This document shows positions 41,611 through 50,662 of a stretch of DNA of 64,000 nucleotides, in pieces. The stretch's first letter is position 1. Each line of letters starts with the position of its first letter. A program made the translations under genes and the position numbers. Where the stretch lies: positions 800,001 to 864,000 of the forward strand of contig CAVSGI010000009.1 in NCBI GenBank assembly GCA_963727445.1, in the 5' to 3' direction. The notes under the pieces were generated by a model. The model saw nothing but the letters and a program-made list of their open reading frames with translations, did not search any database and had not been told where the DNA came from. This DNA comes from an uncultured delta proteobacterium. GTDB lineage: Bacteria; Myxococcota_A; Polyangia; Polyangiales; B10-G4.

Positions 41611-43476
41611 TCAGATCAGCTCGGGAACGCAGACGCCGGCTTCGCAGAACTCGCCCCCCATGCACATGGTGTCGTCGCTGCACGGCTGGCGGTCGACGGT
41701 GGTGACCCATTGGCCGATGTGGTTGCCGCTGTCGATCTCCTGGAAGGGGAGCCAGAACATGGGCATCGCCATGTCTGCGCCGACGGGAGCGCTGGGATCG
41801 AAGGCGCCAACCCAGAGCTGCGCCTGGGTCCCGGCGGCCACGCGCAGGCCGTAGGCACGACGGCTCGACACGGTGAACCAGAAGAGCGGGTGGCTCTGGT
41901 GCATGTAGGTCGTCGGATCCCACTTGGGCCAGGAGTCGCCGTTCATCGAGGTCGAGCGATCGAGGCGCACCGGTGTTCCGCCGGCGATGGGCGCGATCCA
42001 CAGCTCGGCGTCGGGCGCATCGTAGCTGTTCTGGTTCGAGGGTGAGCGGTTGAAGAGCACGAAGCCGCCGTCGGGGGAGATGGTCGGGTAGTAGTTGTTC
42101 TGCCCGTCGAAGGCGACGACCTCCGGACCCGGCCCCCAGCTCGATCCATCGAAGATCATGGACTGGATGCTCGCGGCGTCGACGCCGGGCGCGCCGCAGA
42201 TGGTCCCGAAGCAGGGCGGCGTGGTCTGCGGCTTGGCGTAGACGAAGCGCGTCCCGTCGGGCGAGAAGTCGGGCATCGCGCCCCCAGTGACGATGGGATC
42301 GGTGATCGCCGCGCCGGTCGACGCGTCGCGGAGCACGATGTTCACTCCGTTGGAGGTGAGGATCTGGCTGTTGTCCGGCGAGAACGAGAAGAAGTTCGCC
42401 CCGCCGCCTCCGAACATCGATCCCTGCTGGTAGACGAGGGTCCGCGTGCCGGTCTCGAAGACCTTGTAGGGAGAGGGTGACGGGATGTCGAGGCCGACCG
42501 AGATGCGCGAGCCGTCGCGCGAGAGCACGTGGCAACCGACGCAGGTGCTGGCGCCGGCGCTACCAGCGTCGAGGTAGTTCTCCGCCGTCTGACCACGCCG
42601 CCCGAAGTCGTAGCGCTTGACGGCGCCGGCAGCGGCGTTCCAGTAGTAGAGGCCGCCGGTGACGTCCTCTTCGGCGAAGCCGATGGTCTGCTCCACGGAC
42701 GCGCCGACCGGCCCGCCCGAGCGGCTCGCGCCACGGATGCGGTAGCGCACCGGCGCCCGGCCGCGCTCGGACTCCGCGAGCGCCGTCCACACGTCCTCCT
42801 CGGGCAGGAACGCGCACCCGGCGCCGACCGCGGTGCAGCCGAAGTAGACCCGGAAGTCGCTCGCTTCGCCGATGAGCGAGAGCTCGAAGACCTCGTAGCC
42901 GGCGGGCATGAACTGCCATTCGAGCTCGTTCAGGTTCGGCGGCACCAGCACGCCGTCGATCGGGTAGACGATCTCGGGCGGCGTGCCGGTGTCGTCGGTG
43001 CCGGAGAAGAGAGACGCGTCGTCCATCGTCGCGCCGCTCCCGATGAAGATCCGCTCGAGGTGCACGGTCAGGTCGGTCGAGCCCATCGCGCCGCGCGCCA
43101 TCGCGAGCACGCGCGTGCGCCCGCCCTGGTCGGTGCCGGACTGGAACTGCGCCCCCGAAAAAGTGCCGAGCATCGTGTTCGTCACCCAGAACGATGCTTC
43201 CGCGGTCACGTCCTCCTCGGTGCCGTCGGGCTTCATGAGGTAGGCGTGGTAGTCGACCGTGGCCGGGACACCCATGCGGATCGACACCTCCGCGTTTTCG
43301 GGATCGAGCCGAAGCGTGCCGCCGCTGCTGCCGTCCGTGCCGCCATCGCCCCCGTCGCCGCCGATGCCGCCGTCGCCAGGATCTCTCTGGCGCGTGCATC
43401 CAGCCAGCACCACCAACGAGATCAACACGGCGCGCGCAAGCACCCCACGCGAGAAAACCGAGCTCCAATGACGCAT
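41611..43476 (-). CDS. TolB/PD40 beta-propeller lipoprotein with CxxCH motif
   Basis: Lipobox LAGC; YP.DG..PPN, GGLYYW, CVGCH, repeated FSPD/SPDG blades, WPKW, Cys-rich tail. Confidence 0.8.
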   Translation of the reverse strand: MRHWSSVFSRGVLARAVLISLVVLAGCTRQRDPGDGGIGGDGGDGGTDGSSGGTLRLDPENAEVSIRMGVPATVDYHAYLMKPDGTEEDVTAEASFWVTNTMLGTFSGAQFQSGTDQGGRTRVLAMARGAMGSTDLTVHLERIFIGSGATMDDASLFSGTDDTGTPPEIVYPIDGVLVPPNLNELEWQFMPAGYEVFELSLIGEASDFRVYFGCTAVGAGCAFLPEEDVWTALAESERGRAPVRYRIRGASRSGGPVGASVEQTIGFAEEDVTGGLYYWNAAAGAVKRYDFGRRGQTAENYLDAGSAGASTCVGCHVLSRDGSRISVGLDIPSPSPYKVFETGTRTLVYQQGSMFGGGGANFFSFSPDNSQILTSNGVNIVLRDASTGAAITDPIVTGGAMPDFSPDGTRFVYAKPQTTPPCFGTICGAPGVDAASIQSMIFDGSSWGPGPEVVAFDGQNNYYPTISPDGGFVLFNRSPSNQNSYDAPDAELWIAPIAGGTPVRLDRSTSMNGDSWPKWDPTTYMHQSHPLFWFTVSSRRAYGLRVAAGTQAQLWVGAFDPSAPVGADMAMPMFWLPFQEIDSGNHIGQWVTTVDRQPCSDDTMCMGGEFCEAGVCVPELI

Positions 43477-43551
43477 GCCACACCCCATGAACGAAAGAGC
43501 GGGGAGCATAGCGCATCGCGTGCCTCGGCTCATGTGCCCTCCAGACCACCC

Positions 43552-44256
43552 TCACGGCACAGAACGAGAGACGTCTACCCGCAGATGTGAGGCCAGCTCG
43601 TCTCCGAGGCGCACCCGGTAGGCCGCCGACTGGGCGACGTCGGGATCGAGGTCCGCCATCCATCCGGCCACGTCGAGGCTCAGCGAAACGGCGAAGACGT
43701 CCTCTGCGGCGTCCAGGACTATGGGTGGATCGAGGGCGAGGCTCACGTCTCGGGTCGCTGAGCTGCTCAGCACAAAGCGCCTGTCCTCGCCATCGTCGAG
43801 GTACGTGACCTCGACGAGAAGAGCGAGCCCGTCCATGGGGTCGAGGCGCGGGTCGACCGCCCCGTTTTCATTGGGCGCGACGGTGACGCGCAAGCCGCAG
43901 TAGCTCGTCGCCGCTGGAGAGAGCAAGGCGAGGGGCACCGGCCCCGGCGCGAGCGCGTCGATGCGCTCGCTGCCGGTCCATGCGCGAGGCGTCGCGCCGT
44001 CATGCGCGCGCGCTGTTGAAGGCCCCAGCCATGAGACCGCGCTGGCGACAGTGCTCTCGCAGGGCAGGAGCTCGAGCTCCGTGAGGTTGATCTTCGCGCT
44101 CGCGGCACGTGGCGCGGTGCTCCCGGCGGCCACGGAGGAGGGAGAGCCGTCGAAGAAGAGCTCCACCAGCACGCCGGGCGATTCGCTGACGCAGCGCACG
44201 CTCACCGAGCAGACGAGGAGCAGGGCGCTGAGCCCGACCGACCGACGGCTAAACAT
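43552..44256 (-). CDS. Hypothetical exported protein, possibly MbnP-like fold
   Basis: Signal/lipobox-like N-terminus; ELELLPC..STARAH..SYCGLRVTVAP; start overlaps the upstream stop. Confidence 0.6.
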   Translation of the reverse strand: MFSRRSVGLSALLLVCSVSVRCVSESPGVLVELFFDGSPSSVAAGSTAPRAASAKINLTELELLPCESTVASAVSWLGPSTARAHDGATPRAWTGSERIDALAPGPVPLALLSPAATSYCGLRVTVAPNENGAVDPRLDPMDGLALLVEVTYLDDGEDRRFVLSSSATRDVSLALDPPIVLDAAEDVFAVSLSLDVAGWMADLDPDVAQSAAYRVRLGDELASHLRVDVSRSVP

Positions 44257-45139
44257 CGATGGCTACCCCCGCGAGCGCCTGGACTCGCTCGCTCTGCTGG
44301 CCGCGGAGCGCGTCGATGACGGGCACCGTCACCGTCAGCCACAGAACGACGTCTTCGGCGGGGCTCGCGATCAGGCCGCCGCTCAGATACCCCACCACGC
44401 CACCGCTGTTCGGATCGTCGACGCCGGCGAGGGTGGTGCCCTCTTCGAAGCGAGCGCCCGCGCCCAGCCGGAACCCGAGGAACGTCCAGGGCTGGAGCTG
44501 CCCCACCAAGGTACTGCGCAGGTGCATCCCGACCTGGCTGTCGCCGCTCCCGCGGGTCGGCACGAAGACGAGCACCGAGCCGTGGAGGGACAGCGCGCCT
44601 TCGAAGAGGCTGCCCCCGACCGCGAAGGACGGATCCCAGGATCCCGTGCCGAGCTGGCGCTCGAGTGGAAGGGGGCCCGCGCCGCTCATCCGGATCGGCG
44701 CGGTGGGCAGCTCGAGGCCGACGTGGGCCCACACGAGCCGCGACGGAGCCCAGGTGCGATCGCGATAGAGGACGAAGCGCGCGCGGAGCGTGGTGTCGCC
44801 TGGACCGACCACGGATTCCCTCGAGAGGTTGGGTTGCGTCGTCTGTCTGAGGACGATCGGGACGCGAAGCCCGAGCGTCAGCCAGGGCACCGGCGCGTGG
44901 CTCAGAGCCACAGTGAGCCGTTCCTCGCGCGAGACGACCTCGTCCGCTCCGGGAGTGCCCGAGTGCGCTTCCAGGTGGCGGACCTGGGCCGACACGCGGG
45001 TCCGTCCGGCGTAGGGCTGCTCTACGCCCATCACGTTCAGCGTCGGATCGCCGACCGCACACGTCGCGCACGCAGCCGCACGCCGCGCCGTCAGGACGAC
45101 AGCGATGAAGACCAGGCCGGAGATGGCGAGCCTTCGCAT
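44249..45139 (-). CDS. Putative outer-membrane beta-barrel 'transporter' with N-terminal CxxC
   Basis: Signal peptide then ACATCAVGD; GPGD, LELPTA, QLGTGSWD; alternating beta-strand pattern to the C-terminus. Confidence 0.65.
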   Translation of the reverse strand: MRRLAISGLVFIAVVLTARRAAACATCAVGDPTLNVMGVEQPYAGRTRVSAQVRHLEAHSGTPGADEVVSREERLTVALSHAPVPWLTLGLRVPIVLRQTTQPNLSRESVVGPGDTTLRARFVLYRDRTWAPSRLVWAHVGLELPTAPIRMSGAGPLPLERQLGTGSWDPSFAVGGSLFEGALSLHGSVLVFVPTRGSGDSQVGMHLRSTLVGQLQPWTFLGFRLGAGARFEEGTTLAGVDDPNSGGVVGYLSGGLIASPAEDVVLWLTVTVPVIDALRGQQSERVQALAGVAIDV

Positions 45140-45146
45140 CGGCCGA

Positions 45147-45208
45147 GGCTTAGTGGGACGTGCGAGAGCTGTACATGAGGCAAATCGTCGCTGCGACGAT
45201 ATGCCGCA
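45147..45208 (-). promoter_or_regulatory. Promoter with two tandem RegA/RegR-type boxes
   Basis: Plus strand TGAGGC-AAATC-GTCGC (45176-45191) and TGCGAC-GATAT-GCCGCA (45192-45208; reverse complement GCGGC-N5-GTCGC); -10-like TAAGCC at 45152-45147. Confidence 0.7.
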
Positions 45209-45220
45209 CCTGTCGAGAGG

Positions 45221-46468
45221 CTACGGGGCGGCTTCGAAGGGATCGGAGAAGCGCGGATCGGTCACGAACTCGTCGTCCGTGAGGCTGCGCAGGAACGCGA
45301 GCATGTCGGCCTTCTCGTCGTCGGCCATCACGAAGCCGTGGACGAAGATGCTCTTGTTCGGGTTGTCGCGTCCGTCCCCGACGTAGGGGCCATCCGTCAC
45401 GTTGCGGCCGCCGGCGGCGTAGGTGTCGAGCACCTCTTCGAGCGTGGCGATGCTCCCGTCGTGCATGTAGGGCGCGGTGAGCGCGATGTTGCGCAAGGTC
45501 GGAGGCTTGAACCGACCCATGTCCGCCGGATCGCCGGTCGACTCGTAGAGGCCGGTGTTCTCGGTGGGATAGGCGCCACGCCCATCGACGTTGTAGAGGC
45601 CCGTGTTGAAGAACACCGCCTCGTCGAAGACGATGCCCTCGTGGTCGACGGAGGACGAGAAGTTGAACGATCCGTGGCAGTGGAAGCAGTCGAAGGTCTC
45701 GCCGAAGAAGAGCTCGGCGCCGCGCAGGGCCGCTTCGCTCATCGCCGAAGTCTCACCGTCGCGCGTATAGCGATCGTAGGCGGAGTTGCCGCTGATCAGC
45801 GTGCGCTCGAAGGCGCCGATGGCGCGCACCACGTTGGCCACGGTGAAGGGATCCGCGTCGTCTGGGAACGCACGCGGGAAGAGGTCCTGGTACATGGTCT
45901 CGGCGCGCAGGCGCTCGAGCAGCAGGTCTTCCTTCCCCGCCAGGCCGAGCTCGATGATCGGCGATTCTCCGAACATCGGCAGGAGCGCCTGGTCCTCGAG
46001 CGTCCGCACCGTCGGATTCGCCCAGGTGAGCGTCGCCTGGTACGCGACGTTCGTCAGCGACATCGAGCTCCGCGGGTGAGTCATCCCCGTCGAGCCCAGG
46101 GCATGCGCCAGCCCGTCGGTGAACGCTTTGTCCTGCTGGTGGCACGAGGCGCACGAGTAGGTCTGGTTGTCCGAGAGCCGGGTGTCGTAGAAGAGGTAGC
46201 GGCCGAGCTCGACCTTCACGGCGCTCATGGGGTTGTCTTCCGGCACACGGGGAACGGGAAAGTCCGGCGGGAGGTCCCAGGTCCACTCCTCCATCCCGCC
46301 GTCACCGCCGCCGTCAGCGTCGCCCGCGTCGCCCGCGTCCCCCGCGTCGGCCATCCCATCAGGCGTGGCATCGGTGGTCGCGTCGGGCCCCATGGGCCCG
46401 TCGTCCCCGCATCCCGCGAAGAGCGAGGTGACGAGGGCGATGAACGCGAGTGCCACGGGGTGAGTCAC
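45221..46468 (-). CDS. mbnH: MbnH-family di-heme enzyme (bCcP/MauG superfamily) lipoprotein
   Basis: Lipobox AGC-GDD; PEDNPMS..KVELGRYLFYD, CASCH and CFHCH, FKPPTLRNIALTAPYMHDGS, DPRFSDPF; directly downstream of mbnP. Confidence 0.9.
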   Translation of the reverse strand: MTHPVALAFIALVTSLFAGCGDDGPMGPDATTDATPDGMADAGDAGDAGDADGGGDGGMEEWTWDLPPDFPVPRVPEDNPMSAVKVELGRYLFYDTRLSDNQTYSCASCHQQDKAFTDGLAHALGSTGMTHPRSSMSLTNVAYQATLTWANPTVRTLEDQALLPMFGESPIIELGLAGKEDLLLERLRAETMYQDLFPRAFPDDADPFTVANVVRAIGAFERTLISGNSAYDRYTRDGETSAMSEAALRGAELFFGETFDCFHCHGSFNFSSSVDHEGIVFDEAVFFNTGLYNVDGRGAYPTENTGLYESTGDPADMGRFKPPTLRNIALTAPYMHDGSIATLEEVLDTYAAGGRNVTDGPYVGDGRDNPNKSIFVHGFVMADDEKADMLAFLRSLTDDEFVTDPRFSDPFEAAP

Positions 46469-46482
46469 GGACGATGAGGGGT

Positions 46483-47472
46483 CTACTCGAGGTGGAAGAA
46501 AGACTGCGCCGTCGAACCGGCGACGCCCGTCGCGTAGTCGAGGCCTAGCTTGGGAAAGACCGGAAGGCAATCGGTCTCGTCCGTGGGGAAGGACTGGCAG
46601 CCCGGAGGCGTGCCCATGGTGTTGGCGGTGAGGTCCGCGTCGGACACCAGCTCGGCGAGGTCCGCCACGATCACGCTGGTGTCGATGTCGAAGCCGTCGA
46701 GACTGACCTCCATGCGGTTCGGCCGCATGCACTCGGCGGTCGGAGGCTCGGTGGGCGCGCCGCTGGTGCACATGGTGCTGCCCAGGTGCATGTTGTAGCC
46801 GCCGCTGCCCACGACGAGATCGATGCGAAGAAATTTGTATCCGCCCTGCCAGTTCCAGAACATCGACGTGATGTTGAGCGGGGTCTCGGCGGTCGCGACG
46901 TCGACGTGGTTCAGCTCGAAGGGAACACCGACGACGAAACGAACGCCGGTGTACTCGCCCGGAGCGACGGTGCCGACGACCTCGCTGTTCAACGCGGAGT
47001 TGCCCGACATACACGCCGAGGTGCCGTCTTCGAAGTCGAGGAGCGACACGTCCGCGCTCTGGAACATACCGTCAGGCGTGAGCGCGACGGGAACCTCGTC
47101 GTCCGTGCTGGTCACGAGCCGCACGTCGGAGACGTAGAAGCGGAAGTCCCCGCCGGTGGCTTCCGCCGAGGTCGTGCCGAGCCCGCTGTAGGTCGTTCCG
47201 CAGCCGAAGTCCTCGCTTCCCACCCTCGCCGCGAACTGGAGCGTGACCGGCATGTCGGTGGAGGTGTCGGCTGCGGAGTCCGTGGCGCTGTCCATCGTGC
47301 CGCTGTCGCCCGTGCTGGTATCGCCGCTGCTGGAATCAGCGGGACCGGTGTCGGCGGCGCTGTCCATCACACCGCTATCGGTCGCGCCGCCATCCGTTGC
47401 GCCGTCGTCGCCACACGCGGTGGTGAAGACGAGAAGGAGCCCTGTCACCGAAGCCAAGCTTGTCGATCTCAT
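46483..47472 (-). CDS. mbnP: MbnP-family copper-binding lipoprotein
   Basis: Lipobox TAC-GDD; DFRFYVSDV, LLDFEDGT, GVPFELNH, MFWNWQGGYKF (WxW), HLGSTMC, PNR, GCQS; GGAGAG SD. Confidence 0.9.
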   Translation of the reverse strand: MRSTSLASVTGLLLVFTTACGDDGATDGGATDSGVMDSAADTGPADSSSGDTSTGDSGTMDSATDSAADTSTDMPVTLQFAARVGSEDFGCGTTYSGLGTTSAEATGGDFRFYVSDVRLVTSTDDEVPVALTPDGMFQSADVSLLDFEDGTSACMSGNSALNSEVVGTVAPGEYTGVRFVVGVPFELNHVDVATAETPLNITSMFWNWQGGYKFLRIDLVVGSGGYNMHLGSTMCTSGAPTEPPTAECMRPNRMEVSLDGFDIDTSVIVADLAELVSDADLTANTMGTPPGCQSFPTDETDCLPVFPKLGLDYATGVAGSTAQSFFHLE

Positions 47473-47500
47473 GTCTCTCTCCGTTTCCCCGAACGAGCGA

Positions 47501-47546
47501 ATGCTAGTGCGAAACAGGCGGCCCGCGCCTGTGGTCAATTGTCGCA
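47501..47546 (-). promoter_or_regulatory. mbnP promoter with RegA/RegR-type box
   Basis: Plus strand TGTGGT-CAATT-GTCGCA (47530-47546); -10 TAGCAT at 47506-47501; 23-nt gap, the same as at the 45.15 kb promoter. Confidence 0.65.
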
Positions 47547-47575
47547 CCGAATCGAGGTCGGGCTCCAGCTGTCCC

Positions 47576-48124
47576 TCATCGCGGGGTGGGATGCTTCGCG
47601 AGCTTTCGCTGGAGCGAGCGGCGGTGGATGCCGAGGAGACGCGCCGCATGAGTGATGTTTCCATCGCATTCAGCGAGAACGCGGTTGATGTGCTCCCATT
47701 CGACGCGCGCCAGCGTCGGGACGCTCTCGGGACTCCGGGATTCTGCCGCGCCTTCGCCGTCTGCGCCCAGCTCGAACGCCGCGAGGATCTCCTCCACCGT
47801 GGCTGGCTTCGTCAGATAGTGGACCGCGCCGCGCCTGACGGCGTCGAGAGCCGTGGCGATCGAACCGAACCCGGTGAGGACCACCGTACGGGTGGTCGCG
47901 TCGATGGCGGCGAAATCCGCGACCACGTCGAGACCTGAGCCGCCCGGCATGCGCAGATCGACCAGGGCGAGCTCGGGGCTGTCCTGCTCGGCCGACATGC
48001 GCGCCTCTTCGCGACTGGCGGCGAGCCGCACGTCGTAGCCACGATCCTCCAGCGCGCGACCGAGGCGCGACCGAAACGTGCTGTCGTCGTCGACGATCAG
48101 GATGCTCGGATTCGCGTCGTTCAT
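47576..48124 (-). CDS. regA: RegA/PrrA/ActR family response regulator
   Basis: ILIVDDD, VDLRM, LTGFGSIATA, YLTKP, VEWEHINRVL..GNITHAARLLGIHRRSLQRKL. Confidence 0.93.
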   Translation of the reverse strand: MNDANPSILIVDDDSTFRSRLGRALEDRGYDVRLAASREEARMSAEQDSPELALVDLRMPGGSGLDVVADFAAIDATTRTVVLTGFGSIATALDAVRRGAVHYLTKPATVEEILAAFELGADGEGAAESRSPESVPTLARVEWEHINRVLAECDGNITHAARLLGIHRRSLQRKLAKHPTPR

Positions 48125-49410
48125 CGCGGGATCTCCACGCTCGCCGTGGTTCCTCGGCCCGGCCCCGAGGTCAAGTCGAATCGGCCACCGAGCTCCTCGG
48201 TCACGATGCACGCCAGAAAGAGGCCGAGCCCCATTCCTTGACCTTCCGGTTTCGTCGAGAAGAAAGGCTCGAGCGCCCGTTCGCGGATCTCAGCGGTCAT
48301 TCCCGACCCCTGGTCGCGTACGGTGAAGAGCACGGCGTCCTCCGTGGCCTCGACTTCCAGGCGGACGCGTTCCTCCGCCCCTGACGCCTCGAACGCGTTG
48401 TCGACGAGGTTGCCGAGGGCCGAGATGAACGCTCGCTTGGGAACGAAAAGCTCCGGCAGCCCCGGGGAGACGCGTAGCGCGAGCCGCTGCTGCTGGTCGT
48501 CGGGGAGGCGCGCCCTGACCTCATCGACGAGCACCTGCGCGTCGACCGGCACCGGTGCCTCACCTCGCCCTTCGCCTCTCTTTCGGCCGAGTTGGTCGAG
48601 TATCGCGCGGCACCGCTCCACCTCGCCGAGGATCAGCTTCGCGTCGGAGGCGATCTCGCCACCCTCTGTGAGCTCCTCTGCGCGCCGCTGGAGCTCGCCC
48701 GCCACGATCGTGATCGTGTTCAGGGGTGTGGACATCTCGTGCGCGGCGCCGGCGGCGAGGGTCGTCAACGACGCGAGGCGCTCGCTGCGTGTCGCGCGGG
48801 CTCGGGCCTCGGCGAGCTCGCGGTCGCGGCTACCCAATGCAGCCGTCAGGCGTGTGCCCAGGTACGCCACGATGCCGGCGGTGATCGCAAAGGCGAGGAG
48901 CATTCCGTAGAGGTGCGTCGCGTAACCGTTCGAGGTGCCGTGGTGGCTCGTGTGATGCACGTGCCCGCCCATGGCGCTCGGCTCGGCGGGGGTGATCACG
49001 AAGAGCAGCCCGAAACACAGCACCGTCACCGCTGCCAGGCTCCACGCCCATCGGTTGCCGAGGACCACCGATGCCAGCGCGACGTAGACGAGGAACAGGA
49101 CGGTGAACGGGTTCTCTGGACCTCCGGAGAGCGCAAGACTGGCGGAGAGCGCCAAGGTGTCCACCAGGAGCAGGGCTCCGAGCCCCCGCGCTTCGCCTCT
49201 CAGGCGACGCCGCGCGACGACGAACACGAAGTTGGTCGCGACGACGTAGCCCGCGAACGCGAGCATGGGTACGATCTTCAGCCCTGGATCGATCAACAGC
49301 GTCACCGCAGCGATGAGGACGGCTCCGCCGATACCGAGTGCCCAACGCGCACGGACGAACCAGTCGAGGGCGATCGCTTCGGGGCTCGTCACGCGGGGAG
49401 TGTGGTCCAA
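48121..49410 (-). CDS. regB: RegB/PrrB family sensor histidine kinase with His-rich loop
   Basis: SGGPENPF, AAGAAHEMSTPL H-box, ERCR redox Cys, NAFEAS, DQGSGM, PFFSTK, GMGLGL; loop MGGHVHHTSHHG. Confidence 0.9.
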   Translation of the reverse strand: MDHTPRVTSPEAIALDWFVRARWALGIGGAVLIAAVTLLIDPGLKIVPMLAFAGYVVATNFVFVVARRRLRGEARGLGALLLVDTLALSASLALSGGPENPFTVLFLVYVALASVVLGNRWAWSLAAVTVLCFGLLFVITPAEPSAMGGHVHHTSHHGTSNGYATHLYGMLLAFAITAGIVAYLGTRLTAALGSRDRELAEARARATRSERLASLTTLAAGAAHEMSTPLNTITIVAGELQRRAEELTEGGEIASDAKLILGEVERCRAILDQLGRKRGEGRGEAPVPVDAQVLVDEVRARLPDDQQQRLALRVSPGLPELFVPKRAFISALGNLVDNAFEASGAEERVRLEVEATEDAVLFTVRDQGSGMTAEIRERALEPFFSTKPEGQGMGLGLFLACIVTEELGGRFDLTSGPGRGTTASVEIPR

Positions 49411-49449
49411 GTCGGGCGGTGTTCAAGCTCCGGTGCGGTGGAGGCGTTC

Positions 49450-50535
49450 TCACAGGCCTCGGGCGGGGTCGTGATCGAGAAATTGCAGCTCCAGGGAGCG
49501 CGGCCGCGGGGCTCGGTTCAGCCCGACCCGCGTACCATCGGCGCGGATGGCGGCGGACCACTTCACGAGGCCTCGAAAGTCCTCGAGGCAGCCCTCGAGC
49601 ACGATCTCCTCGCCGTCGTCGAAGCCCTCGGTCCCGAGCTGGAAGACGCGCTCGCCCGCGCGGACGTTCGTCACGCCGTAGGCGGAGCGGATGACGGTGG
49701 CGGGCTGGCGCCGCTCCAGATCGACGCCGCGATGACGTTGCGTCACGGGGATGGAGAGCTTCAGGTCCGCTCGCGCATCGCGGAGCAGGGCCGCGTTCAG
49801 CCACAGGGTGTCGTAGCCCGTGAGCGAGAGGAAGACGCGATCGAGTCGGTGGCTGTAGCGCGCCTCGACGTTCACGGCGCGGCTCACGACGTCGAAGGGT
49901 CGAGCGGACGCGCGGACGCTCTGTCCGTCGGGTCGGACCACCGTGATGGATGTGTCGCCCAGCGACGAGAACGGGTGCTCCTCGAGCTCGTCCTCACCGA
50001 GTCGGCGCGGCGGAGGCGGAGGGGTGATGCAGAGGGCCTGCCCCTTTCCGAGCGACAGGACCTCCGTCGTGTTTCCGAGCCGTGCCTCGAAGGCGATGAG
50101 CTCGTAGCCTCGTGCGGCGCGGAGGAAGCGGGCGGGCGCGACGTACCCGCTGTCGTCGTCCTCCCAATCCTCTTCATCGTCCTCCCCCGCCTTCCGTTCC
50201 TTCGCCAGCGCGTCGGCGTACGCCTGCCGGTCAGGCGTCATCCGCTCCTCGACGCAGAAGAGCAGGTCGCCCGAGCGAAACTTCCCGAAGCGCGACTCGT
50301 TCCGAAGACCGAGCGTGCCGAGAGATTCGTCGGCCTGGCGCCAGGCGTCGTAGTCGTGCAGCTGCACGCCCTCGGTCGGAGGGCTCGTCGGCTTGCCGTC
50401 GAGATCGAACCAGGTTTCGCCGCGCCCCGTCGGGAAGGCCGCGGCCTCGTAGGTGAACGCATGCGGCAGGCCGGCCGACGGGATTGACCCATGGTCGTTC
50501 GAATCAGTAGACACGTTTCCTTCCGATCGCTGCAT
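49450..50535 (-). CDS. Hypothetical protein
   Basis: Long ORF with an acidic patch (EDDEEDWEDDD); no recognised motif; start uncertain. Confidence 0.55.
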   Translation of the reverse strand: MQRSEGNVSTDSNDHGSIPSAGLPHAFTYEAAAFPTGRGETWFDLDGKPTSPPTEGVQLHDYDAWRQADESLGTLGLRNESRFGKFRSGDLLFCVEERMTPDRQAYADALAKERKAGEDDEEDWEDDDSGYVAPARFLRAARGYELIAFEARLGNTTEVLSLGKGQALCITPPPPPRRLGEDELEEHPFSSLGDTSITVVRPDGQSVRASARPFDVVSRAVNVEARYSHRLDRVFLSLTGYDTLWLNAALLRDARADLKLSIPVTQRHRGVDLERRQPATVIRSAYGVTNVRAGERVFQLGTEGFDDGEEIVLEGCLEDFRGLVKWSAAIRADGTRVGLNRAPRPRSLELQFLDHDPARGL

Positions 50536-50662
50536 GGTACGCGGACGAGGATGCCGCCGCGATGGCTCGAGGCGGCGCATGGGGGGGGCTCGCACGGTTC
50601 GAAAGTCACGGAACGGTTCGTTTTGCTGGTGCGCTGGTCCCTCGGCTGCTACGGCGGGGGGC

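Noticed and set aside
45221..47472. Methanobactin biosynthetic gene cluster
   Set aside because: No mbnA precursor, mbnB/mbnC or TonB receptor is visible; mbnPH pairs commonly occur without them
47534..47543. 10-mer GTCAATTGTC shared by the mbnP RegA box and the 62.7 kb repeat
   Set aside because: The repeat lacks the GCG/CGC half-sites; probably coincidental
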